DNA of 64,000 nt, taken from positions 9,140-73,139 of the forward strand of contig CAYPSZ010000424.1 of assembly GCA_964413125.1 (NCBI GenBank). Direction: 5' to 3'. Below are positions 18,170 through 25,949 of this stretch, one piece after another. How positions within the stretch are numbered: the first letter of the stretch is position 1; each line of letters starts with the position of its first letter. The DNA comes from an uncultured Desulfobacterales bacterium. GTDB lineage: Bacteria > Desulfobacterota > DSM-4660 > Desulfatiglandales > HGW-15. Below the pieces are notes generated by a model. It searched no databases. It was not told the DNA's origin and saw only the letters and a program-made list of their open reading frames with translations. Both the position numbers and the translations under genes were made by a program.

Positions 18170-18799
18170 TCATTGATTTTCATCCATGTCCCTGATTTTT
18201 GTCTCGATCTCCTGGACCTGCCGGCGCAGGCTGTCGGCAGCCTCTTTGAGGCGGGCAAGCTCGTCTTTCTTGGAGGCAGATCCATTTGCAGGCGCCGGGA
18301 TATCTGCGAGTTGGCTGAAACCGCCCTGGCCGCCCATACCTCGGCCCGCGCCTCTGCCGCCGCCCACACCTGCACCCATACCCCCACCCATGCCTCTACC
18401 GCCGCCCATGCCCATACCTCGCCCCATGCCTCCTCCACCCATGCCGAAGTGGCTCTGCACGCTTGGCTCCGAAGAGTGGGCAAGGGCCCCGGTCTTGTAA
18501 TGTTCAACCGCTTGACGGACATGGCCGCCGACTCCTGTAATCACTTTAATGCCCGCGGCACCGAACGTCTGAAAGGCGTTTGGTCCACAGTTCCCTGTCA
18601 GGACGGCCGATACGCCCTCGTTTGCCATCAACTGGGCCGATTGAGGGCCGGCGCCTCCACCGAGCGATACGTTGGGATTCTGAATGGGCTTATACTCCAG
18701 GGTGTCCGGGTCAATGATCAGAAAGTAGGGGCAACGCCCGAAACGCTGCTCAACCATATCATCGAGTGTCGGCCCGCTGGATGTCACTGCAATTTTCAT
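18170..18799 (-). CDS. NifX/NifB-C-terminal-like (dinitrogenase FeMo-cofactor-binding fold) protein fused to a Gly/Met/Arg-rich linker and a coiled-coil tail
   Basis: The N-terminal part MKIAVTSSG...VEQRFGRCPYFLIID...GVSAVLTGNCGPNAFQTFGAAGIKV is NifX-like. Residues 119-160 are a GMGGGG/GRGMG low-complexity stretch. The C-terminus ELARLKEAADSLRRQVQEIETKIRDM is coiled-coil, in DUF5320 style. Confidence 0.7.
   Translation of the reverse strand: MKIAVTSSGPTLDDMVEQRFGRCPYFLIIDPDTLEYKPIQNPNVSLGGGAGPQSAQLMANEGVSAVLTGNCGPNAFQTFGAAGIKVITGVGGHVRQAVEHYKTGALAHSSEPSVQSHFGMGGGGMGRGMGMGGGRGMGGGMGAGVGGGRGAGRGMGGQGGFSQLADIPAPANGSASKKDELARLKEAADSLRRQVQEIETKIRDMDENQ
18320..18445 (-). repeat. Coding low-complexity repeat (G/M/R-rich, about 42 aa)
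   Basis: The translation is GMGGGGMGRGMGMGGGRGMGGGMGAGVGGGRGAGRGMGGQGG. The same DNA produces long spurious ORFs in other frames. Confidence 0.8.
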
Positions 18800-18984
18800 T
18801 TCAAGTACCCCCTTCTTCTAAAAAGCCAAACCTGCTCTATGCCGTTTGGTAAAATATTAAGGACTTTTTTCCTTTTATCCACACCTTCCTGTCACCCTGC
18901 CCGCTTGTATGTCCACGACAAGCAGCGTTCCTGCAGAGTCTAACAGTGGTGGTATGCGGTGTTCAGACGGCTGTGTTCGACAGG

Positions 18985-19641
18985 TCATGTGCCGTGGAGT
19001 ATATCGGCCTGCTCCGCAAGCAGCGATCTGATTCGATGGGTCTTGACAGGGTAGCCCTGTATGGGGATTCCCATCCAGTCCGCATACTCCAGGAAGTCCT
19101 CGGGCTGGTCCGCCATGTACTGATCCACGTACCCTATGGCATCCAGGACGATAGCGCCCCCCGTATGCCTGGGGAAGTTCTCATTGGCAAGGCCCTGATC
19201 CCACCCCTTGAAGACCTGGTGCCGGAACTTTATCCACCCGGGCGTCATCCACCAGACTTTTTCCCCGCCGGCGACCTCCTGTGCGATCTCCTCCCTTTCA
19301 GCCTCGCTGGCCAGAACATCCATGCAGTGCGTGGCATCGACCCTAGCCACATCAGGGCCTTGCTCCTCGATGATGACTTTCATGGTCCTGGTGGGGTTGT
19401 CGGCGTTAACGTAGCAGAATTTGCCGCCATAGACCACGAGGACTTTTTCGGCCTTTTCCCTGGCCGTAGCAATGCGTTTGACCAGCTGTCTTTCCAGTTC
19501 CCGCGGGTCTTCATGGAGACCGGGGGTGGTATAGAACAGGTGATTCGTATCGAGAAATCCTTCTTTCTTGAGATAATTCAACTCCAGGCTCAGTGTGCCG
19601 CAAGAGACGACGGCAATATCTGAAAAGGACACGTGATCCAT
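18985..19641 (-). CDS. DUF1638-like protein
   Basis: 218 aa. The pattern IAVVSCGTLSLELNYL...VLVVYGGKFCYV...ATHCMDVL fits my memory of DUF1638. No other function is recognisable. Confidence 0.5.
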   Translation of the reverse strand: MDHVSFSDIAVVSCGTLSLELNYLKKEGFLDTNHLFYTTPGLHEDPRELERQLVKRIATAREKAEKVLVVYGGKFCYVNADNPTRTMKVIIEEQGPDVARVDATHCMDVLASEAEREEIAQEVAGGEKVWWMTPGWIKFRHQVFKGWDQGLANENFPRHTGGAIVLDAIGYVDQYMADQPEDFLEYADWMGIPIQGYPVKTHRIRSLLAEQADILHGT

Positions 19642-19696
19642 GATTAGACCTCCTTGAAATTGTGAGTGATGCGCAAGGGCGGGGGCCGCACAAAAA

Positions 19697-20032
19697 TCAG
19701 TGAAAAACGGAGCTGAGACGAATGGCTCCCCGCGGGCACGCCTCTACGCAGAGGCCGCAACCCATGCACATTGCCGGGTCGACCCTTGCAGTTTCATGCA
19801 GTTTAATGGCTCCTGTGGGACAGGTATCACAACACAATCCACATGAAACACATTCGTTGGGGGCCACAACAGCACGAAGGGTGGAAGCTCTCGAGCCCTG
19901 CTCCATGGCATGGATTCGGGTTTCCAGGGAACGTAAACGTCCTTTGAGGCTTGTTATGCGGACCCTTAACTCCTGGTGTTCTTTTACGGCGTGATCAGTA
20001 TGGGCAAGCTTCATCTTGTCGATTATTAACAT
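19697..20032 (-). CDS. 2x[4Fe-4S] ferredoxin with N-terminal coiled-coil segment
   Basis: 111 aa with CVSCGLCCDTCP and CMGCGLCVEACP motifs. The N-terminal ~45 aa are heptad-like (ELRVRITSLKGRLRSLETRIHAME). Confidence 0.75.
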   Translation of the reverse strand: MLIIDKMKLAHTDHAVKEHQELRVRITSLKGRLRSLETRIHAMEQGSRASTLRAVVAPNECVSCGLCCDTCPTGAIKLHETARVDPAMCMGCGLCVEACPRGAIRLSSVFH

Positions 20033-20065
20033 CCTTTCAAAATTTTTTACCTTTTTACTGAATTT

Positions 20066-21976
20066 TTAATAAGTGCATGCCAGGTTGTAACCAGCCTGCG
20101 TGGCGGTGAAGATGTCCTGTACATTTTGTGCGTCGCCTATGATCTCGATCCTGGGGACCGCCTTTTGAATCTCTTCCCCCGGTTCGTCGGCGGAAAGCAT
20201 GCCTGATGCCAGTATCACGGTGTCAAAGGGCTCCAGGGACATGGGGGTTTCGTCCTGTTCTACCTCCACAGTGTTTTCATGAAATCCCTTGACGGTCGTG
20301 TGGGGCATGAGCACGATGTTTTTCATTTCCCCGACACGTTTCATGGCGAGCTTCTTTGTGATCATCTCCATCATGGACCCGATGGGGTCAGTGCGCTTTG
20401 TGGCCGTTACCTCATAGCCTTCACGCCCGAGTTTTTCCGCGATCTCGAGGCCGGTCCTTCCGGCGCCGATCACAAGGACCCTAGGGCCTTTGACCTCCTT
20501 TTCCCCTTTGAAGTACTGGATGGACGTCATGTTGTAGGTGTTATTGAGGCCTGGTATCTCCGGGATGTTTTGCACCGCGCCCAAAGCCCATACGAGAAGG
20601 TCCGGCCTTGTCTCTTCAAGCAGGGCGGCGTCCGCTTTTCTCCTCATGAGCACTGTGACACCGCTCCTTTCAAAGGATCTTGTAAGGGAGTCCAGAGACT
20701 CCTGCATGTTTTCCTTTCCCGGTGCCTGCCAGGCGAGCCTGAACTGCCCTCCCAGCCGGTCCTCTTTCTCGGCAAGGGTGACGTGATGGCCCCTGAGGCT
20801 CAGATACGTTGCGGCGCTCATTCCCGCCGGCCCGCCTCCGGCTACCAGGACTTTCTGAGGTTTTTCCGTGGGACCGTGTTCAGGGCGACCGATCAGCGGG
20901 TTGAAATTGCAGCCAAGGCCCTCGCCGCTCTTGACCCTGTGGAAACAGCCCTGGAGGCAATACCCGCACAAGACGGCCTCTTGATCCTTGTTGTCATGCC
21001 ATTTTCTGAGCATGCTCGGGTCTGCGATAAGGGGTCTGCCAAGGGCTATAAAATCCGCGAGGCCTTCATTGAAAACTTTCTCGATTTTTTCTTTCCGGCC
21101 CATCCTGCCCGCGACAACCAGGGGAAGGGTGGTGTTTTCCCGAATCCATGCCAGGGAATCCATTTGAGGCTTTTCAGGAAGGCTTCCGTGATGGAAGTAC
21201 CAGGGCGGGCTGAAGCATGTATTTCCCATGCCCACATGTATGGCGCTTACCCCTTGGTCCTCGGCCAGTTTGAGCAGGGGCTGCAGGTCTTCTCTGCTTA
21301 TGCCGAATTCGGGGGACATCTCATTGCCTGATATGCGAAGAATCAGAGGTGTGCCCCGGGAAACTTCTTTTATCATAGAGAGGGCCTGTCTGATAAAGAG
21401 AAGTCGATCCTCACCGTAACTGTCCTCGCGTATATTTATCTTTGAATTCAGAAACTGGCTCACCAGATATCCGTGGCCCCCCTGGACCTCAATGGCGTCA
21501 AACCCGCAGTTGACGGCCTTTTCCGCGGCCGAGGAATACCCCTTTAGAATCGCATCGATTTCCTCACCCGTAAGTGCCCGCGCCGTTTGCTCCCTGGCCG
21601 GGCATGCAACGGACGAAGGGGCCTTTGGATCGGTTTTGGTGACCATGGGATTGGCGCCGGCACCCGCATGGTTTAGGTGTAGGCAGGCACGGCGCCCGTT
21701 TTCGTGAACCACGTCCACGATCTTCTTCAGTTCTCTTTCTGATTCCGGCAGGTGCACGCAGAGTTGCTTCGGGTGCTCTTTGCCGTCCAGGGTAACCGCG
21801 ACAGGCTCCAATATCAAAAGCCCGGGGCCGTCCTTTGCGATCTGCCCGTAAAATATCAGCTGCCGTTCCGTGACCACACCCTCCGGGTTTCCATAGGCGA
21901 GTTTAATGGGTGGAAACACGAATCTGTTTGGGAGTTCCATGCCGCCGAGTGTGGTTTTCTCAAATGCCCTTTTCAT
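20066..21976 (-). CDS. Old-Yellow-Enzyme (FMN) domain fused to an FAD/NAD(P)-binding reductase domain (2,4-dienoyl-CoA reductase / enoate reductase family)
   Basis: 636 aa. The N-terminal OYE pattern is LPNRFVFPPI...LHLNHAGA...EVQGGHGYLVSQFLS, with a Cys cluster CGYCLQGCF, followed by VLVAGGGPAGMSAA and VLVIGAGRTGLE dinucleotide folds. Confidence 0.8.
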   Translation of the reverse strand: MKRAFEKTTLGGMELPNRFVFPPIKLAYGNPEGVVTERQLIFYGQIAKDGPGLLILEPVAVTLDGKEHPKQLCVHLPESERELKKIVDVVHENGRRACLHLNHAGAGANPMVTKTDPKAPSSVACPAREQTARALTGEEIDAILKGYSSAAEKAVNCGFDAIEVQGGHGYLVSQFLNSKINIREDSYGEDRLLFIRQALSMIKEVSRGTPLILRISGNEMSPEFGISREDLQPLLKLAEDQGVSAIHVGMGNTCFSPPWYFHHGSLPEKPQMDSLAWIRENTTLPLVVAGRMGRKEKIEKVFNEGLADFIALGRPLIADPSMLRKWHDNKDQEAVLCGYCLQGCFHRVKSGEGLGCNFNPLIGRPEHGPTEKPQKVLVAGGGPAGMSAATYLSLRGHHVTLAEKEDRLGGQFRLAWQAPGKENMQESLDSLTRSFERSGVTVLMRRKADAALLEETRPDLLVWALGAVQNIPEIPGLNNTYNMTSIQYFKGEKEVKGPRVLVIGAGRTGLEIAEKLGREGYEVTATKRTDPIGSMMEMITKKLAMKRVGEMKNIVLMPHTTVKGFHENTVEVEQDETPMSLEPFDTVILASGMLSADEPGEEIQKAVPRIEIIGDAQNVQDIFTATQAGYNLACTY

Positions 21977-21985
21977 GGTGACCTC

Positions 21986-22306
21986 CTATAAGAGAAATCT
22001 CTCGAGTACCTCGGAAATGGTGTCTTCGGGCTGAAGCCCTGTAAGGCGCTGAACTTCTTTGTTTTCCTTGAAAAATATGAGTGTCGGGATAAAAAGGATA
22101 CCCAGTTCGGATGCGACGTAATTGCTTTTGTCGATATTGATTGTGGCAACGCACGCCCTTCCTGCGTATTGATCGGCGATACGCCTGATAATGGGTTCTT
22201 GCAGGCTGCACGGAGCGCACCAGGGTGCATTGAAATCGACCAGTGCGAGTCCTTTTTTTCTCACCATTGCGAGTTCTTGAGCGGATTTTATCTCCTTTAC
22301 CGCCAC
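21986..22306 (-). CDS. Thioredoxin (active site WCAPC)
   Basis: 106 aa with VDFNAPWCAPCSLQEP...IPTLIFFK, the thioredoxin fold signature. Ala replaces Gly in the CGPC motif. Confidence 0.85.
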   Translation of the reverse strand: MAVKEIKSAQELAMVRKKGLALVDFNAPWCAPCSLQEPIIRRIADQYAGRACVATINIDKSNYVASELGILFIPTLIFFKENKEVQRLTGLQPEDTISEVLERFLL

Positions 22307-22474
22307 ATCATTATCCCCTGAACCTGGAAGCCGGTTTCATGCAGCCGTTCGGCTGATCATTCTGCTTCCGTTTTTCCGTTTCCAAATTCAATAACTATGC
22401 CGCACTGAGCCCCTCATGAAGATCGAACATAAGCTTATGAATTTATGTGTTAAATAAGGAACAAGCCAAACCGC

Positions 22475-22504
22475 TTGACAAACGGGAATAACGTTACATA
22501 TCTT
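22475..22504 (+). promoter_or_regulatory. Candidate sigma-70 promoter for the PAS/sigma-54 activator gene
   Basis: TTGACA (22475-22480), an 18-nt spacer, then TATCTT (22499-22504), about 130 nt upstream of the ATG at 22636. Confidence 0.3.
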
Positions 22505-22540
22505 GTGTAAGCGTTAGGGTAACGCTACATTAACGTTTAC
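22489..22540. promoter_or_regulatory. Cluster of four TAACG(Y)(T)TAC motifs (candidate operator array)
   Basis: The copies are TAACGTTACAT at 22489-22499, GTAAGCGTTA (inverted) at 22507-22516, TAACGCTACAT at 22520-22530, and TAACGTTTAC at 22531-22540. The array overlaps and follows the candidate promoter. Confidence 0.35.
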
Positions 22541-22635
22541 GATTCCCAACACCCTTGTCTTGTGCTCCTTAACACGATCCTTTTTCAGGGAGTGCGGGCA
22601 GGCGGCCGCAATCAAAAAAAGGAGCGGCTTCCAAC

Positions 22636-24039
22636 ATGAAAGATAAAGACAGGCGTTACTTGGACCCCAGCTTTTCAGACCTGCTGCTGGAGTCCATGGC
22701 GGACGGCGTTTTCACGCTTGATGAAGAAGGAAGGATCACCTCCTGGAACCCGGCCATAGAGAGGATAACCGGGTATTCGGCCGGTGAGGCGGTAGGCAGG
22801 CCTTGCACATTGATGAATTTTACCCGCTGCTTTCAGGAGAGCTGCCCCACGGGTATTGAAGAGTGTGGGATCTTTCAGAACGGAAGGCTCGACGGGAGAG
22901 AGTGTTTCCTGCGCCACAAAGAAGGGCATGATGTACCTGTCATAAAGAGCGCCAGGCTGGTGAGGGACGAGGGCGGCTGTTTAAAGGGAGTGGTCGAGAC
23001 CGTGACCGATCTCACCGAACTGGAAAAGGCGCGCAGCAAAGCTGAAGAGGCCGCCCGGCGTCTGGGGGAGATCCACAGGTTCGACAATATAATAGGGAAA
23101 AGCCATGCCATGCGCCAGGTGTTTTCGGCGATCCGGGCGGCGGCTGCAAGCGAGGCCACCATACTCATCCAGGGTGAAAGCGGGACCGGCAAAGAGCTGG
23201 TGGCCGGGGCCATACATCACAACAGCACGCGAAAAGGTATGCCGTTTGTGGCCGTAAGCTGCAGTGCGCTTTCCGAGACCCTTCTGGAGAGTGAACTCTT
23301 TGGTCATGTGAAGGGGGCGTTTACAGGTGCCATTAGGGATCGCATCGGGCGTTTTGAAGAGGCTGACGGCGGCACCATATTCCTGGACGAGATCGGGGAG
23401 ATCAGCCCCTTCATTCAGGTCAAGCTCCTTCGCGTGTTGCAGGAAAGGGAGATCGAGCGTGTCGGGGAATCCAGGAAGCGCAAGATAGACCTCAGGATTA
23501 TTACGGCCGCGAATCGCGAACTAATCCAACTGGTCAAAAACGGCGATTTTCGGGAAGACCTCTTTTACAGGCTAAGAGTCTTTCCCATCACAATTCCTCC
23601 CCTTCGCGAGAGAAAAGAGGACATCCCTTTCCTGATAAATCATTTCATCAACCGCCAGAATAACAAGACGGGAAAGAACATCAAGGGGGTCACGCATGCC
23701 TCCCTGAGGGTTCTCATGGATTACACCTGGCCCGGAAATGTCCGCGAGTTGGAAAACGCCGTGGAGCATGCCTTTGTCCTCTGTTCCGGGCATAACATTG
23801 ATGTGTTCGATCTGCCGGTGGAGGTTCGCCAGCTTGCATACAGGCCGGATGCCTCCGGAGGCCAAGTTTCCAGGCAGGCACACGCCATGCCCGGGTCTGG
23901 GCTGTCACGCGAAGTTTTGCTGGATGTCCTCAATGAGTGCGGTTGGAACAAGGCCGAGGTGGGGAGGAGGGTCGGCCTAAGCCGTACAGCCATTTGGAAG
24001 TACATGAAAAAGTGGGACATCCCCCTCAAAAGAACTTAG
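22636..24039 (+). CDS. Sigma-54-dependent transcriptional activator (PAS - AAA+ - Fis-type HTH)
   Basis: GESGTGKE Walker A, the GAFTGA loop (VKGAFTGA), and a C-terminal HTH ([21 protein letters not shown]). The N-terminal PAS domain carries a Cys-rich stretch. Confidence 0.85.
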   Translation: MKDKDRRYLDPSFSDLLLESMADGVFTLDEEGRITSWNPAIERITGYSAGEAVGRPCTLMNFTRCFQESCPTGIEECGIFQNGRLDGRECFLRHKEGHDVPVIKSARLVRDEGGCLKGVVETVTDLTELEKARSKAEEAARRLGEIHRFDNIIGKSHAMRQVFSAIRAAAASEATILIQGESGTGKELVAGAIHHNSTRKGMPFVAVSCSALSETLLESELFGHVKGAFTGAIRDRIGRFEEADGGTIFLDEIGEISPFIQVKLLRVLQEREIERVGESRKRKIDLRIITAANRELIQLVKNGDFREDLFYRLRVFPITIPPLRERKEDIPFLINHFINRQNNKTGKNIKGVTHASLRVLMDYTWPGNVRELENAVEHAFVLCSGHNIDVFDLPVEVRQLAYRPDASGGQVSRQAHAMPGSGLSREVLLDVLNECGWNKAEVGRRVGLSRTAIWKYMKKWDIPLKRT

Positions 24040-24187
24040 GGTTTCAACCCCAATCTTCATCGGTCTGAGGCTGATGGATCATGTGGGACATGAGGATCTC
24101 GATGTAGCGCTCAAACCTGCCCGGGCACCCGAAGTGATTCGAGTCAACGCAATAGTGGCTTACCTTGTTTCAAACCTGAAATCAATC

Positions 24188-25936
24188 TTATGTGCTTAGC
24201 CCATACTTCTTCATCTTTCGCCACAGTGTGGTCCTGTCGATTCCCAGGGCCCCTGCGGTCTGTTTCTTTCGCCATTGGTGCCGTTCCAGGGTCTCCAGAA
24301 TAAGATGCCTTTCGCCCTGGTCTCTTTTTTTGAAAGACACGGCCTTGGCAGGCGGGCACGCCTCGATCCAGTCCGTGCGGTTGTGCACGTAACTCTGAAT
24401 GTGCTCAGGACGTATTTCTCCGCCCCTGCAGGTGAGAAGGGCGTATTCCAGTATATTCTCCATTTCCCGGACATTTCCCGGGTAGTGGTACCGAAGCAGC
24501 ACCTCCATGGCCTCGGCGGATATCTCAGGGATCCGGCCTTGTCTGCCGGCGGTAAGTCTTCGCAACACGTGCCTGATCATGGGCGGAAGGTCGGCGCGCC
24601 TGTCCTTGAGCTGCGGCAGCTCTATGTGGCAGACATTCAGCCTATAAAAAAGGTCTTCCCGAAAAAGACGCCGGGCAAGGAGTTCCTCAAGATTCCTGTT
24701 GGTGGCTGCAATGATCCTAACATCCACCTTGACCGTGTGACGTCCCCCCAGAGGGTAGAACTCCCGATCCTCCAAAACCCTGAGGAGCTTGGCCTGGAGC
24801 GGCAGAGGCAGATCCCCGATCTCGTCCAGCAGGATGGTCCCGCCGTCCGCCTCCTGAAAACGGCCCGGCTTGTCTCTTATGGCGCCGGTGAATGCGCCCT
24901 TGACATAGCCGAACATCTCGGACTCGAGCAGGTCATGGGGAAGCGCTGCGCAGTTCACCTTCACAAACGGCCTGTCCCTGCGCTCGCCGGCCCGGTGTAT
25001 GACCGTGGCCAGGTGATCCTTTCCCGTACCTGTCGCCCCCTCTATGAGCACTGTGGCATCGCTGGGCGCCACCTGTTCCACCATCTCGAAGATCTTCTGC
25101 ATGACCGGATCACGGCCCACCATGGAGTAGAAGGAGGCCTGATCCGTCTTGACCTCATCGAGCTGAAGGACCAGGGTGAGGTCTTGGAGGGTGACGAGCC
25201 CCCCCACCAGTTCCTCCCGGTCGTTTGTGAGCGGCATGAAGTCCGCCCTGGCATCCACTATGTCTCCCTGGGCGGTAACTATCTTAGTGGGCCCGGTACT
25301 CCCGGAATGATCCGACGCAAGGCAGGCCTCGATTATGCGCCAGGCCCCGTGCTCTTCGGGCCCCAGGATTATGCTGCCGGATTTCCCCAGGACCTGTTCC
25401 CTGGTGTAACCGGTCATGGACTCTGCAGCATCGTTGAAAAAGGTAATGTGCCCCCCGCGGTTGACCGTGAAGATTGCAAGCTCCAGGTGATCCAGGATGA
25501 TCTTCAGGCTTTTTTCTCCGTATTTTACGTGCTTGAGGAGGTCCGCCAGGGAGGGGCGGTCCTGGATGAGAATCAGGTGACCCACGAGTTCGTGGTCCCT
25601 GTCGTAGATTGGAGCAGTCAGTCGCGTCACCAAATGGGTGTTGTCTTCAGCGTCCAGAAGCTCCACTTCCAGCTCTTGAGGCTCGGCACTCTGTTCACGG
25701 TAGGGACAGCAGGTGGCGCAAGGGGCCCCTCGAAAGACCTGCCTGCAGTCCCGGCCCACCATGTCTTCCTCTTTCATGCTGAAAAGGGCCAGGGCACACT
25801 GGTTGCACGCGGTGATCCGGCGATTTCCGTCAATGATGAACGCGCCTATTTTCAGGAGATCCAGGAGGCAAAGCCACTGATCGGACAGGATCGTCCTGGA
25901 TGAAGGAAGGCTTTTCAAGTCAGGGGTCATACTCAT
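24188..25936 (-). CDS. Sigma-54-dependent transcriptional activator (2x PAS - AAA+ - Fis-type HTH)
   Basis: GATGTGKD Walker A, VKGAFTGA, and a C-terminal QTAGALGIDRTTLWRKMKKYGL helix-turn-helix. Two PAS-like segments are present and there is no receiver domain. Confidence 0.85.
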   Translation of the reverse strand: MSMTPDLKSLPSSRTILSDQWLCLLDLLKIGAFIIDGNRRITACNQCALALFSMKEEDMVGRDCRQVFRGAPCATCCPYREQSAEPQELEVELLDAEDNTHLVTRLTAPIYDRDHELVGHLILIQDRPSLADLLKHVKYGEKSLKIILDHLELAIFTVNRGGHITFFNDAAESMTGYTREQVLGKSGSIILGPEEHGAWRIIEACLASDHSGSTGPTKIVTAQGDIVDARADFMPLTNDREELVGGLVTLQDLTLVLQLDEVKTDQASFYSMVGRDPVMQKIFEMVEQVAPSDATVLIEGATGTGKDHLATVIHRAGERRDRPFVKVNCAALPHDLLESEMFGYVKGAFTGAIRDKPGRFQEADGGTILLDEIGDLPLPLQAKLLRVLEDREFYPLGGRHTVKVDVRIIAATNRNLEELLARRLFREDLFYRLNVCHIELPQLKDRRADLPPMIRHVLRRLTAGRQGRIPEISAEAMEVLLRYHYPGNVREMENILEYALLTCRGGEIRPEHIQSYVHNRTDWIEACPPAKAVSFKKRDQGERHLILETLERHQWRKKQTAGALGIDRTTLWRKMKKYGLST

Positions 25937-25949
25937 GGCCTATTCCATA

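Noticed and set aside
18142-18943. ORFs 18142-18522 (minus strand), 18173-18943 (plus) and 18186-18500 (plus), which overlap the NifX-like gene.
   Set aside because: They are generated by the G/M/R-rich repeat DNA, giving Ala/Pro/Trp-rich nonsense translations. The NifX-like frame has clear domain signatures.
22394-22412. A CGGCAT-N5-TTGA element on the minus strand upstream of the thioredoxin operon.
   Set aside because: The -12 element reads GA, not GC, and the -24 element lacks the leading T. It is not reported as a promoter, so the promoter of the 15.2-22.3 kb operon remains unidentified.
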